Shown: positions 10,606 to 19,898, numbered from the stretch's first letter. The stretch is 64,000 bases of DNA from Patescibacteria group bacterium (GCA_041650775.1 JBAZKO010000001.1:65259-129258), one strand, 5' to 3'. Made by a program: numbers and translations. The notes: generated from the letters alone by a model not told the origin.

Positions 10606-10671
10606 AATATTCGCTATTTCCTCCTCAGTATGACAAATTAACGCGGAAAAAGCAAGATAATATCTTAATAG

Positions 10672-11868
10672 CTATTCGCTTCGCAAGGCATCGACCGGAT
10701 CCAAACGACTGGCCTTCAAAGCCGGATAAAAACCGAAGAAAATTCCGACTAAGACCGAAAAAGAAAAACCGATGATTGGGCCGGTCGTTGAAGAAGCCAT
10801 ACTAATGATATTAAAATGAGAAATAATCGGAATCGCCCCTTGGCCGATAATCATGCCGATTGCGCCGCCAACCATAGACAGAATAACTGATTCTAATAAA
10901 AATTGGCTTAAAATGTCAGATTGTTTGCCGCCGATCGCCTTAGCGATGCCAATTTCTTTGGTTCTTTCCGCCACGGTAACGAACATAACATTCATGATGC
11001 CGATGCCGGAAACCAGCAAAGTAATCGCCGCGATCGCGGTTAAAAGAGTGGTCATGGTTTTGGCCGATTCTTGCGCCGCCGCAACCATACTGCCGGCATC
11101 CATAATCTGGAAATCATTTTCCTGGCTGGCTTTCAACTTATGCTCTTCTCTCAATAATGTCGTGATACTGCTGGTCGCCAAGGAGGTATTATCGACATTA
11201 TCGACGGCTGTAGTAATCATCACCTGCCCCCGGGAGCCGAGAATGCTTTTTTCGGCCGTCGTGCTGGGAATAATAACGGCGGAATCGACGGAAATCATGC
11301 CGATGCGCGAACCTAATTTGTTTAAGACACCGATAATCTCCAATTTCTTGCCGCCGACGGTAATCTCACTGCCAATCGGATTCTGGCCGTCGGTAAAGAG
11401 ATCGGATACGACGGTCGCGCCGACAACCGCGACGGTTGTTTTTTGATCGATATCATCAATTTCTATTCCCCGCCCCTGGGCAATCTGTAAATTGGAAATC
11501 GTAATAAAATTTTGATCAACGCCGACGACACTATAGCTCTTGTCGACTGAGCCGTAAGAAACGCTCGCGTTGCCTTGGATAGCGCCCGTGGCCGAAGCAA
11601 CATGATCGGCACCCAGTAAGATTGCGGCATCGGCGGTTTTTAATTTCGAACTGCTGGTAAATCCGCGACCGCGATTAGGCATAATCAGAATGGAATTGGC
11701 GCTCAGATTTTGAAATTGGGAATTTACCGATTCCTGCGCGCCTTTGCCGACAGCAAAAACAGCGATGACCGTCGCCACGCCAATAATAATCCCTAACATC
11801 GATAAAAATGTCCGCGTTTTTTTGGCGAGCAAGGATTCAAAGGCCATTTTTATGATTTCCAGAAACAT
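10672..11868 (-). CDS. MacB/YknZ-like ABC permease
   Basis: RTFLSMLGIIIG, SGIGIMNVM, ERTKEIG, PALKASRLDPVDALR. Confidence 0.93.
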   Translation of the reverse strand: MFLEIIKMAFESLLAKKTRTFLSMLGIIIGVATVIAVFAVGKGAQESVNSQFQNLSANSILIMPNRGRGFTSSSKLKTADAAILLGADHVASATGAIQGNASVSYGSVDKSYSVVGVDQNFITISNLQIAQGRGIEIDDIDQKTTVAVVGATVVSDLFTDGQNPIGSEITVGGKKLEIIGVLNKLGSRIGMISVDSAVIIPSTTAEKSILGSRGQVMITTAVDNVDNTSLATSSITTLLREEHKLKASQENDFQIMDAGSMVAAAQESAKTMTTLLTAIAAITLLVSGIGIMNVMFVTVAERTKEIGIAKAIGGKQSDILSQFLLESVILSMVGGAIGMIIGQGAIPIISHFNIISMASSTTGPIIGFSFSVLVGIFFGFYPALKASRLDPVDALRSE

Positions 11869-11901
11869 AATATAATCAATTTTAATCTCCTAACTAAAAC
11901 T

Positions 11902-12612
11902 TTAATAGCTATTCTTTAATTTATAATTATTATCCAATACTTGTCCGTCGCGTAAATAAATTATCCGATCAGCGTATTTCGCGACTTCGGCCGTATGCGT
12001 TACCATCACGACCGTCCGCCCTTGCTCCTTAAACTTTCTGAAAATATCCATTACCTCCAGACCGGATTTAGAATCCAAGGCACCGGTCGGTTCGTCCGCC
12101 AAGATTATTTCCGGATCATTAATGAGCGCCCGGCAAATCGCTACCCGCTGTTGCTGTCCGCCGGAAAGTTCGGTCGGCTTATGATGGATACGATCGGCCA
12201 GGCCGACGGATTTAAGAAGCGCTTGCGCTTTTGTCTCACGTTCTGACGCCGACATTCCGGCATATAAAGCCGGTAAAGCAACATTCTTTATCGCGGAAAA
12301 ACGAGAAAAAAGATTAAATTGTTGAAAGACAAAACCCATCTTTTTATTACGAATAAAAGCTAAGGTAAAATCATCTTTAACGACGCCAATATTTTCTCCC
12401 TCCAAAAAATACTTACCTTTAGTAAGGGGGTGAAGACAGCCGATAATATTAAGCAAAGTCGTCTTGCCGCCACCGGATTCTCCCATAATCGCGACAAATT
12501 CCCCTTTTTTAATTTCCAAGTCAATTCCTTTTAAAACAGGGATTTCTTCGCCATTCGCCAAATAATATGACTTCCTAGCATCTTCTAATTTGATAGCAAT
12601 ATTTCCGGCCAT
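11902..12612 (-). CDS. MacB/YknY-like ABC ATP-binding protein
   Basis: [27 protein letters not shown]. Confidence 0.95.
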   Translation of the reverse strand: MAGNIAIKLEDARKSYYLANGEEIPVLKGIDLEIKKGEFVAIMGESGGGKTTLLNIIGCLHPLTKGKYFLEGENIGVVKDDFTLAFIRNKKMGFVFQQFNLFSRFSAIKNVALPALYAGMSASERETKAQALLKSVGLADRIHHKPTELSGGQQQRVAICRALINDPEIILADEPTGALDSKSGLEVMDIFRKFKEQGRTVVMVTHTAEVAKYADRIIYLRDGQVLDNNYKLKNSY

Positions 12613-12636
12613 AAATTACTTGAGTAATTTTCTTCT

Positions 12637-14502
12637 TTAATAAATAATAATATCGCCTTCATTCAAGCCGCTGATTACTTCCACTTTCTTGCCGTCAGTG
12701 AATCCGGTCGTCACATTGGCGATCGTTCCGTCTTTCTTCTCCACGGACGGCTTGCCGCCGATATTATGAACGGCGGCGACCGGCACCGTCAAAACGCCGG
12801 GAGTTTCGGCGGTGATAAATTCTATCGCCGCGGTCATTCCCTCTCTAATCTGCGAAGTGCCGGTATTAGTCAAGATGACGCGAACGAGATAAGTGACAAT
12901 ACCATTGGAGCTGGTCGTTGAAGTCAAAGATATAAAGCTTATTTCCCCGGTCAGATTGGCGCCTTCTACGGCTTCAAAAGTAACTTGCGCCTTATCGCCG
13001 ACTTTTAACTTACTAATATCCGCTTCTTCAATGTTCGCCTCGATAAATAAAGTATCGTTATTGATAATCGAGGCCATAGTCTTAGCGCTGTCGCTTAAGA
13101 TGATATCGCCGGTCTTATAATTGAGCATCGCGACGACGCCATCAATCGGCGAAGTCAAAGTTGCCTGTTCCATATTATATTTCGCTCTATCGACAGAAAT
13201 GGCTGCCGAAGTAAGTTGCGATCGAGCCGAAGCCAAATCCGATTCGGAAGCGGGAGCGATCAAATCATTATAATCATTCTTCGCCTGATCCAACGCAATT
13301 TCCCGAGACTTAATGGAAATATTAGAGTTATTAAGGCTTTGCTCCGCCTGACTTTTCGTGGTCGCCAAATCGTTAACCGCCTTATTATAAGCGAGCTGAT
13401 ATTGGTTCAAGTTGCTTTTGGCATTACTGACCGATTGGACAGAACTATCCAAGCTAGAAATGGAGGAGTTGATGCTGGTGCGATTAGAACTAATCGTCGA
13501 CTTGAATCCATCTAATTTAGTCTGCGATAAATTAGCGAAAGTAATGGTAGCTTCCATTAAAGTCTGCATATCAGATAAATGATTCTGAAAAATAATCAAA
13601 GCCGCGTTAGTCTTGACAGCCGCGGCATCGACCGTCGTCTGATCGGAAACAACCAAAGAACTGACGATGGCGTCCAATTCATTACGCGCTCGTTTGGCCA
13701 CGGCATAGCTGCTTTTAGCTGTACCGTAAGAACCGGAGTCCTTGGCACCTAATACTTCTTCGAAGTCAGAATTAATCATCGTGTCATCGACGCCGAGAAT
13801 ACTATCGGAATCACGCAAAATCTTCTGCAAGGAAATATTAACGGATTTTATATTGCTGACCAGACTGCTATAAGCACTACGGATTATTTCACTATCATTG
13901 ATATCGGAGTTCATTTTCAAATTATTGGTGGCGGTCTGGACATTCAATTCTCCATTGGCAATGCTCTGGGCTGTACTGGATTTAGTTTGTTCCAAGCTTA
14001 CTTTCGCCTGGTCCAAAGATACTTGGGCCTGATCAATCGCCGCTTTTGCTTTGCTTATTTCACTAGCGGTCGGCGAAGCGTTCTTGGTATTAAAATTAGA
14101 CAGAGCGGATTGATAGCTCGCATAAGCGCCGCGCAATTCAAATTCCAGAGTTTCCGTCTTAACGCTAGCAATCTTATCGCCTTTTTTAACTTTATCTCCC
14201 TCTTTGACATAGACATTGTTTACTTCCAAGTTGCCGCTGACCGGAAAAGATAATTCCACGCCATCCTTCGCGACGACTTTGCCGCTGGAACTAACGGAAA
14301 TTTTCAAATCTTCTCTTTTGACCGTCGTTTGTTTCTGCTGAGCGACGACAGTGGTCTGTTTAGTATTCCGACCGAAAAAATAATAAACGGCACCGGCGAC
14401 AACCAGAACGATAACAATGATAATCAGAAACTTTTTCTTAAACAAAAAACCAAAAATTCCCCGTTTAGCTTTTTTGCTTTCCTCCAAAATTGATTGAGCC
14501 AT
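12637..14502 (-). CDS. Membrane fusion/adaptor protein (YknX/MacA-like) with a long coiled coil
   Basis: N-terminal TM, VKEGDKVKKGD, LTSPIDGVV, IEEADISKLKVG, IREGMTA. Confidence 0.88.
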   Translation of the reverse strand: MAQSILEESKKAKRGIFGFLFKKKFLIIIVIVLVVAGAVYYFFGRNTKQTTVVAQQKQTTVKREDLKISVSSSGKVVAKDGVELSFPVSGNLEVNNVYVKEGDKVKKGDKIASVKTETLEFELRGAYASYQSALSNFNTKNASPTASEISKAKAAIDQAQVSLDQAKVSLEQTKSSTAQSIANGELNVQTATNNLKMNSDINDSEIIRSAYSSLVSNIKSVNISLQKILRDSDSILGVDDTMINSDFEEVLGAKDSGSYGTAKSSYAVAKRARNELDAIVSSLVVSDQTTVDAAAVKTNAALIIFQNHLSDMQTLMEATITFANLSQTKLDGFKSTISSNRTSINSSISSLDSSVQSVSNAKSNLNQYQLAYNKAVNDLATTKSQAEQSLNNSNISIKSREIALDQAKNDYNDLIAPASESDLASARSQLTSAAISVDRAKYNMEQATLTSPIDGVVAMLNYKTGDIILSDSAKTMASIINNDTLFIEANIEEADISKLKVGDKAQVTFEAVEGANLTGEISFISLTSTTSSNGIVTYLVRVILTNTGTSQIREGMTAAIEFITAETPGVLTVPVAAVHNIGGKPSVEKKDGTIANVTTGFTDGKKVEVISGLNEGDIIIY

Positions 14503-14509
14503 AAATTTA

Positions 14510-15154
14510 TTAATTAATAAGGACGAAATCGGCGACTTTCTTATCAGTCACGGCGGTATTAAGCCAGATAGTAATCGTTTTATCAGATGTCACATCGCTT
14601 AAGGTCGCCTCCACCATAGTCCTCTTCTTAGTTTCCGAATCAACAGATGGTTTTAACATCTGAATCCCCACCGGAATAATTACTTTCTCTTCGCCGGTAC
14701 TTAATTCTTTCAGTTTCGCAAGCATCTGAGCGCGGCTTTCCGTATTTTGTTCATCGGGGCCGCCCATCATCGTTCCCCTCGTTCTACCGCCAGAAGCACC
14801 GGCGCCACTGGTTAAACTGATAATATTTTTAGAATTTGTGCCATTAGTATTAGAACTCTCTCCCTCTTTCGGCGTCGAGCTGGCGTTCTGTCCGCCAGCG
14901 GGCATATCTAACTTAAGAATAGTTACCTCATTGCCAACGATGCTTTTTACCATGCCCCGAATATCAGGCGTCCTATTCGGTTGACCAAAATCAGGCATTC
15001 TCATCTTGCCGGGTCGCTCCGCATTTTGTGGCTGTCCATTTTCTGGAAATCGATTACCAACCTGAGAATTATTGCCACAGCCAGTTAAAATCAATAACAG
15101 GGCGGGAAAGACTAAAAATGAGGTGAAAATTGTTAAAATTTTTTTTCTAGTCAT
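14510..15154 (-). CDS. Hypothetical lipoprotein
   Basis: Signal peptide with LTGC lipobox; OB-like GMVKSIVGNEVTI segment; Gly/Met-rich linkers. Confidence 0.75.
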   Translation of the reverse strand: MTRKKILTIFTSFLVFPALLLILTGCGNNSQVGNRFPENGQPQNAERPGKMRMPDFGQPNRTPDIRGMVKSIVGNEVTILKLDMPAGGQNASSTPKEGESSNTNGTNSKNIISLTSGAGASGGRTRGTMMGGPDEQNTESRAQMLAKLKELSTGEEKVIIPVGIQMLKPSVDSETKKRTMVEATLSDVTSDKTITIWLNTAVTDKKVADFVLIN

Positions 15155-15205
15155 AGTTTTTTAATACTTAATTTTCATATTAAAATAGCCATACCTATTA
15201 TAATA

Positions 15206-15232
15206 AATACGCCTATTCCTATTAATTTCTTC
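15206..15232 (-). promoter_or_regulatory. ECF-type promoter, copy 1 (GAAGAA-N15-CGTATT)
   Basis: Identical hexamers and spacing at three sites; this one heads the lipoprotein-MFP-ATPase-permease operon. Confidence 0.8.
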
Positions 15233-15286
15233 AATCTAAGCAAAAATGGTCCACCGCCAGGTGAACCTTTTTTGCTTTTAAAAATA

Positions 15287-15517
15287 TTAATTGCTCGGAG
15301 CGCCAGCTGGAAATCCACCATCCGGAGCGCCTTCCGGAGCGCCTTCCGGAGCGCCTTCCGGAGGTGTACCGCCTTCCGGCGGAGTTCCCATTTCTCCGTT
15401 TCGAGGCGCGTCAGCAGAATTAGTTCCGGTTAAAGACACTTGGCTACACCCAGTCAGAAAGACCAAGGGGAGCAGAAGAATGGCTGAAACCATGATAACT
15501 TTCTTCATCTTCTTCAT
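15287..15517 (-). CDS. Small Pro/Gly-rich lipoprotein
   Basis: LTGC lipobox followed by GTPPEG and GAPE repeats. Confidence 0.7.
   Translation of the reverse strand: MKKMKKVIMVSAILLLPLVFLTGCSQVSLTGTNSADAPRNGEMGTPPEGGTPPEGAPEGAPEGAPDGGFPAGAPSN
15321..15363. repeat. 12-bp tandem repeat (TCCGGAGCGCCT x3.5)
   Basis: Directly visible; encodes EGAP units. Confidence 0.9.
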
Positions 15518-15543
15518 AGCTTATTTTATATTAGTTAGCTTCA

Positions 15544-15574
15544 ATTATATTATACCATTATATTATACCATTAT
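15544..15574. repeat. 13-bp tandem duplication ATTATATTATACC containing an extended -10 on the minus strand
   Basis: Units at 15544-15556 and 15557-15569; the minus strand reads TGGTATAAT twice. Confidence 0.8.
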
Positions 15575-16092
15575 TTCTGAGATTCGCCATCGCTATTCCC
15601 GAAGCCGGTGCCCATTTTTTGGCCAAAACCGCCTCGACCATGATCCATACCCAATCCTGAACCGTTACCCATTCCCGGACCGCCGACACCGAGTTCTTTC
15701 ATAATCGTTTCAGCTTTAATCCGAAGATTATTCGCTTCGACATATTTGTCAAAATTATCGGCGCTAATCTTACTTAAAATCGGAGAATTGGCATTTAAAG
15801 CCTTTTCCGCTGTTACCCAAGCGTTATAATCGCCCGCGGTCAAAGCCACTTTGATGGCATTCATTTTTACATCCCCTTCCGTCTTTTTCGCTTCCATCGC
15901 CGCTTTCTGTTCGGCTGTCATATTTTCTGGTTTAACCCCATTAAAACCGCGACCATGATTTTTAATAGCCGTGCTGGCGATACCCGTCGTACTGGTCTCA
16001 TCGGAAGAGGCACTAGCCACTAAAACGCCACTAACTAGCATTGATAAAATAGATAAGGCGATCACTCCTTTTGTTAATTTCCTAATTTTCAT
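15571..16092 (-). CDS. Secreted hypothetical helical protein with a Gly/Met/His-rich tail
   Basis: Signal peptide, helical core AGDYNAW...NFDKYVEA, tail GPGMGNGSGLGMDHGRGG. Confidence 0.75.
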   Translation of the reverse strand: MKIRKLTKGVIALSILSMLVSGVLVASASSDETSTTGIASTAIKNHGRGFNGVKPENMTAEQKAAMEAKKTEGDVKMNAIKVALTAGDYNAWVTAEKALNANSPILSKISADNFDKYVEANNLRIKAETIMKELGVGGPGMGNGSGLGMDHGRGGFGQKMGTGFGNSDGESQK

Positions 16093-16169
16093 ATTAGTAA
16101 TGTTAATTATTAGACTTCACGGGGGAGAGCGCTCCCTATTTTTTCATCCCGTTTAATAACACGCTTAAT

Positions 16170-16196
16170 AATACGCTAAAAATAAATATTTTCTTC
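16170..16196 (-). promoter_or_regulatory. ECF-type promoter, copy 2 (GAAGAA-N15-CGTATT)
   Basis: On the + strand AATACG 16170-16175, 15 nt, TTCTTC 16191-16196. Confidence 0.8.
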
Positions 16197-16204
16197 TTAT
16201 CAAA

Positions 16205-16230
16205 AAACGCCTCAACTTTTTGAGGCGTTT
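16205..16230 (-). terminator. Intrinsic terminator after the anti-sigma gene
   Basis: AAACGCCTCAA-CTTT-TTGAGGCGTTT with a U-tract on the minus strand. Confidence 0.75.
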
Positions 16231-16252
16231 ATTTATATTATATAGTTAATAT

Positions 16253-17065
16253 TTATTCATTATTAAACATTCTCGAATCTCCGGGCGCTAGGAACAGCGG
16301 TGGCCGACAATCCGGCGCCGGGCAATTGAATTCATTCCTTCTCACCCCCGGACGCCCGAAAAATTCTCTTCCTGGACGAACCGGTCTGACAATTTCCGCT
16401 TCAAACTCCTTTCCTTCCAGAACGCGCCCGATTAGATTAACCGGCTGACCGACCTCCGGCCTATCCAAAGGAAAATTTTTCATTTTAGTCAGAACCCGCC
16501 AATCATCGCCGTGCGAATCCAAAATATAGAAAATACCATTATTCTCTTGAGCGATAACCAGTCCCACCAGACGGCCCTCAGCCGGATTGAACCAAAAATC
16601 CATCTGACGGTTTATCACCTTATCATATAAAGGCGCCCGTTCTCCCAGGACATTATCGATTTTTTCTCCCCAGCCGGCCAGGAATAAAAAACTTCCCAGA
16701 ATCACGCTGGCTAAAACGGCGCCAACGGCGATAAACCAAACCGGATAACGGTAACTATTTTTCACATGCTTTAAATTATAGTAAAGGATGAAAATAAAGA
16801 GACCGAGGAAAATCAACCAAAAATAAGGCAGAGTCAACAAAAAGAATTCCCCCAGGCTTTTATGAGTTTGCTCTCTTATTTCCCAGCCGCTGAATTTCAA
16901 GAGATAAATCATCACCGAAACCGAAGCCGCGCCAAAAGCCAGGGCCAGCGCACCGGAAATCCAAACGACGTATTTTTTTAATAAAAAATGCCAACGGGGC
17001 TTGGGCGCGATTCCCGCTTCTTTTATTTTAGCGACCAATTTCTGGTCAAAGTCGTTAATGTCCAT
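16253..17065 (-). CDS. Putative membrane anti-sigma factor (3 TM plus extracytoplasmic beta domain)
   Basis: Starts 4 nt after the ECF sigma stop; short cytoplasmic N-terminus, three TM helices. Confidence 0.65.
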   Translation of the reverse strand: MDINDFDQKLVAKIKEAGIAPKPRWHFLLKKYVVWISGALALAFGAASVSVMIYLLKFSGWEIREQTHKSLGEFFLLTLPYFWLIFLGLFIFILYYNLKHVKNSYRYPVWFIAVGAVLASVILGSFLFLAGWGEKIDNVLGERAPLYDKVINRQMDFWFNPAEGRLVGLVIAQENNGIFYILDSHGDDWRVLTKMKNFPLDRPEVGQPVNLIGRVLEGKEFEAEIVRPVRPGREFFGRPGVRRNEFNCPAPDCRPPLFLAPGDSRMFNNE

Positions 17066-17069
17066 ATAT

Positions 17070-17669
17070 TTAAATATCGTTTATAATCCGGCCGATTTTC
17101 TGCCGCGCCAATTCTTTTTTGAATTCACTTTTAGCCTTGCTAATCATCGAAGCCACTGTCCCCATCGGTTTTTTTATAATATCGGATATTTCCCGGTAAT
17201 TTTTTTCTTCCAAAAATTTTAAAATTAAGACCTCCCGGTATTTTTTATCCAATCCGTTTAAAATCTTAAAAATATTATTCTTAAGAATCTGCAAATCGGC
17301 GCCAATCTCAATATTGATATCTGCCGCTAAATTCCTGGCCGCCGCGTCGTCGATATTGACCGCGTAACCTTCGGGCCGAGCTTTCAACCGCCGGTGGCTG
17401 CTGATTACCTGATTATGAGTAATTCGATAAATCCAGGAAGAAAACTTCAAATCGCCATTAAAATCATTCAGGTTCAGATAAACTTTAATAAAAACTTCCT
17501 GCAGGATATCTTCGGCGTCTTCGTTATTAACGCTGGTCAAACGCCGGATATAGCTCAATAATCTATTCTTATAGCGATCCACTAGATACAAAAAATCATC
17601 CCGGTTTTGGAGGGCCAGTTTAACCAGTTCTTCGTCGCTCGCGTTTGTAGCGCTCTTAGAATCAATCAT
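17070..17669 (-). CDS. ECF RNA polymerase sigma factor (SigW-like)
   Basis: SDEELV, DAEDILQEVFIK, KFSSWIYRITHN (sigma2); YREISDIIKKPMGTVASMISKAK (sigma4). Confidence 0.93.
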   Translation of the reverse strand: MIDSKSATNASDEELVKLALQNRDDFLYLVDRYKNRLLSYIRRLTSVNNEDAEDILQEVFIKVYLNLNDFNGDLKFSSWIYRITHNQVISSHRRLKARPEGYAVNIDDAAARNLAADINIEIGADLQILKNNIFKILNGLDKKYREVLILKFLEEKNYREISDIIKKPMGTVASMISKAKSEFKKELARQKIGRIINDI

Positions 17670-17724
17670 GTTTTCACTATGATGTCCGTCTCAATTTTCT
17701 TCGCTCTTGTTCCACTAATAAATT

Positions 17725-17751
17725 AATACGTCCGGAGCGAAAAAATTCTTC
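17725..17751 (-). promoter_or_regulatory. ECF-type promoter, copy 3, autoregulatory (GAAGAA-N15-CGTATT)
   Basis: On the + strand AATACG 17725-17730, 15 nt, TTCTTC 17746-17751, upstream of the sigma gene. Confidence 0.8.
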
Positions 17752-17764
17752 GACTGTTAATAAA

Positions 17765-17783
17765 AGACCGGAAAAACCGGTCT
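17765..17783 (-). terminator. Terminator after tRNA-Trp
   Basis: AGACCGG-AAAAA-CCGGTCT flanked by A and T tracts. Confidence 0.7.
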
Positions 17784-17796
17784 CTTTATTTCTCCG

Positions 17797-17867
17797 CACG
17801 GGATGAAGGTGTCGCGCCTTCGCTACCGGTTTTGGAGACCGGTGTACTACTGTTATACTAATCCCGC
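17797..17867 (-). tRNA. tRNA-Trp (CCA)
   Basis: Acceptor GCGGGAT/ATCCCGT; anticodon arm CCGGT-CTCCAAA-ACCGG; atypical T-loop CGCGACA. Confidence 0.85.
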
Positions 17868-17886
17868 CAACAAGCGCTTCCGCGCC

Positions 17887-18417
17887 TTAGTAAGTTTCCT
17901 CAAAAACCTCGAAGTAAGCTTGCGGGTGGCTACAAGCCGGGCAGACGTCCGGAGCTTCGGTTCCCTCATGAATATAACCGCAATTATTACATTTCCAGCG
18001 CTTCACCGTCGGTTTCTTGAAAACTTCCCCTTTTTCCAAATTAGCCAAAAGTTTCCGGTAGCGCGCCTCGTGCTTTTCTTCCACCTCGCCTACTTCTTTA
18101 AAAAGTTTAGCGATATCGGCCTGCCCTTCTTCCAAGGCTTCTTTCTCCATCCGCGGATACATCTCCGAATTTTCATAATGCTCGCCCGCGGCGGCCGCTT
18201 TTAAATCTTCGACCAGTTCCGCCGGAATAAGCCCGAGTTGTTTCGCCCAGATTTTGGCGTGCGCTTTTTCGTTTAGCGCGGTTTCTTCGAAAATATTGGC
18301 GATTTGAATATAACCGGCTTTACGGAAAGCGGAAGCAAAGTAATCGTATTTATTGCGCGCCATGGATTCGCCGGCAAAGGCTTCCTCCAAATTCTTTTTG
18401 GTTTTTGGTCCGAGCAT
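17887..18417 (-). CDS. rbr: Rubrerythrin
   Basis: AFAGES, EKAHA and EEKH di-iron motifs; C-terminal CNNC...CPAC rubredoxin site. Confidence 0.93.
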   Translation of the reverse strand: MLGPKTKKNLEEAFAGESMARNKYDYFASAFRKAGYIQIANIFEETALNEKAHAKIWAKQLGLIPAELVEDLKAAAAGEHYENSEMYPRMEKEALEEGQADIAKLFKEVGEVEEKHEARYRKLLANLEKGEVFKKPTVKRWKCNNCGYIHEGTEAPDVCPACSHPQAYFEVFEETY

Positions 18418-18428
18418 ATATTTTTTTA

Positions 18429-19583
18429 TTAGCTACTTTTTTTAACAGACGCTTTTTTATCGATAACCTTCGCCGCTTCCGCTCGGAGAGCCGTTTCCAT
18501 TTCGCTCTGCAACCGGTCGCAACTTTCTCCTTCCAGAGAATCGCAGAACTCCAGTTCATAAATATGAAAAACCGTTACGGCCAGAGCCACTAACAGCGGA
18601 CCTAAAATCACGCCCCAAAAACCGAAGAGAACGACGCCGCCAAGAATAGAAAATAGGACGAACAAGGGATTTATTTCCGCCTCGTCTTTAACCATATAAG
18701 TACGAATGACATTATCGATTGTCCCGATAATCAACGCGCCCCATAAGAGAATAAATATTCCCTGCCAAATGTATCCGGTCAAAAGATAATAAAGTCCTAT
18801 CGGCACATAAAAGATCGCCGAACCGATATAAGGCAAAAGAGACAAGAGCGCGACCATCACTCCGGCCAGAAAAGCCGGAAAGCCAACAATCGCGAAACCG
18901 ATGGCGCCGACGACGCCTTGGGCGATAGCAACCACGAAAGTCGAAATGAAAGTCGTCCGGCTGACCGTCCGGAATTTCCGGAATAATTCCTTATCATATT
19001 TGTTCTGGAGCGGCGACAGCAACATCAGTTTATCCAGCATCTTTTTCCCGTCCACGAAGAAAAAGAACATCGCGATGACTATCAGGATCAGGGACACGAC
19101 AAAATTAGTCGTTTCCTTCAAGGCGAAAGTCGCGCCGGATAAAATCCAGTTGCTGGATTCCTTAAGCGCGCTTAAAAGCGTATTCTTGAGGGTTTCATTA
19201 TGAAAATCAATCCTGTCCAAATTCAGATAACGCAAAGCGCCACGCTGGAAAAAATCGGTCTTAAACAGATCGTTAATCGTATTGTCATTGAAGAATTCCA
19301 CCGTCGCATTATAGGCGACGATTGATTTGTCGCCAGCGTAGGTTATCAGCTTAATGGCCGGCAAGATGATGATAACCAAAAGCAAAAGGCACATTAAAAT
19401 GGCCGCTAAATTCCTCCGCCCTTTCAAAAATTCCGAAAAACGGACGAAAGGCGTATAGAAAACCGAGGCCATGATAGCGGCCACCATGATTTCCGTCAAG
19501 AAAGGCCTAAATACAAAATAACAGCTGGCAAGAACCAGAGCCACTAAGATTAAAAGGAACGGCTTGGTTAAATTCTTAGACAT
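18429..19583 (-). CDS. AI-2E family transporter
   Basis: Multi-TM protein with FFFFVDG, LLPYIGS, IDNVIR and FGFWGVILGP. Confidence 0.9.
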   Translation of the reverse strand: MSKNLTKPFLLILVALVLASCYFVFRPFLTEIMVAAIMASVFYTPFVRFSEFLKGRRNLAAILMCLLLLVIIILPAIKLITYAGDKSIVAYNATVEFFNDNTINDLFKTDFFQRGALRYLNLDRIDFHNETLKNTLLSALKESSNWILSGATFALKETTNFVVSLILIVIAMFFFFVDGKKMLDKLMLLSPLQNKYDKELFRKFRTVSRTTFISTFVVAIAQGVVGAIGFAIVGFPAFLAGVMVALLSLLPYIGSAIFYVPIGLYYLLTGYIWQGIFILLWGALIIGTIDNVIRTYMVKDEAEINPLFVLFSILGGVVLFGFWGVILGPLLVALAVTVFHIYELEFCDSLEGESCDRLQSEMETALRAEAAKVIDKKASVKKSS

Positions 19584-19611
19584 ATATTGAGCCGCCGGAA
19601 ACCGGACGGAA

Positions 19612-19767
19612 TTATTTAGTCTCTTTGTGAATAGTATGCGCTTTGCATTTATTGCAGTACTTCTTCAACTCCAAGCGTTCCTTTAAGATTTTCTTGTTTT
19701 TATGGGAATGGTAATTGGTCGTCTTACAAACCGTACATTCCATCTTGATCATGTTGTCCTGGGACAT
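19612..19767 (-). CDS. rpmG: 50S ribosomal protein L33 (Zn-binding form)
   Basis: [14 protein letters not shown]...KNKK...[21 protein letters not shown]; start at 19767. Confidence 0.95.
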   Translation of the reverse strand: MSQDNMIKMECTVCKTTNYHSHKNKKILKERLELKKYCNKCKAHTIHKETK

Positions 19768-19898
19768 AGATATGAATTTAATAATTGAAATGGCAATCTT
19801 CAATTTTTTTTAATTTTTAATTGATTGACCTATCCTAACAATATAGAAAATCCGGATAAAAGTCAACCGGCAATCGACGGTTTCGGGCTGAATTTCGC

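Noticed and set aside
10654-10666. AAGATAATATCTT palindrome upstream of the ZIP transporter, as a Zur/Fur box
   Set aside because: Too short, AT-rich and a poor match to known Fur-family consensus sequences
10853-11446. 197-aa plus-strand ORF and the many similar ORFs nested opposite or inside known genes
   Set aside because: Fully overlap well-supported genes and show no recognisable motifs
15321-15390. Short tandem repeats as a possible CRISPR array
   Set aside because: 12-bp in-frame coding repeats with no spacers and no cas genes in the window
17803-18204. 133-aa plus-strand ORF
   Set aside because: Antisense to tRNA-Trp and rubrerythrin
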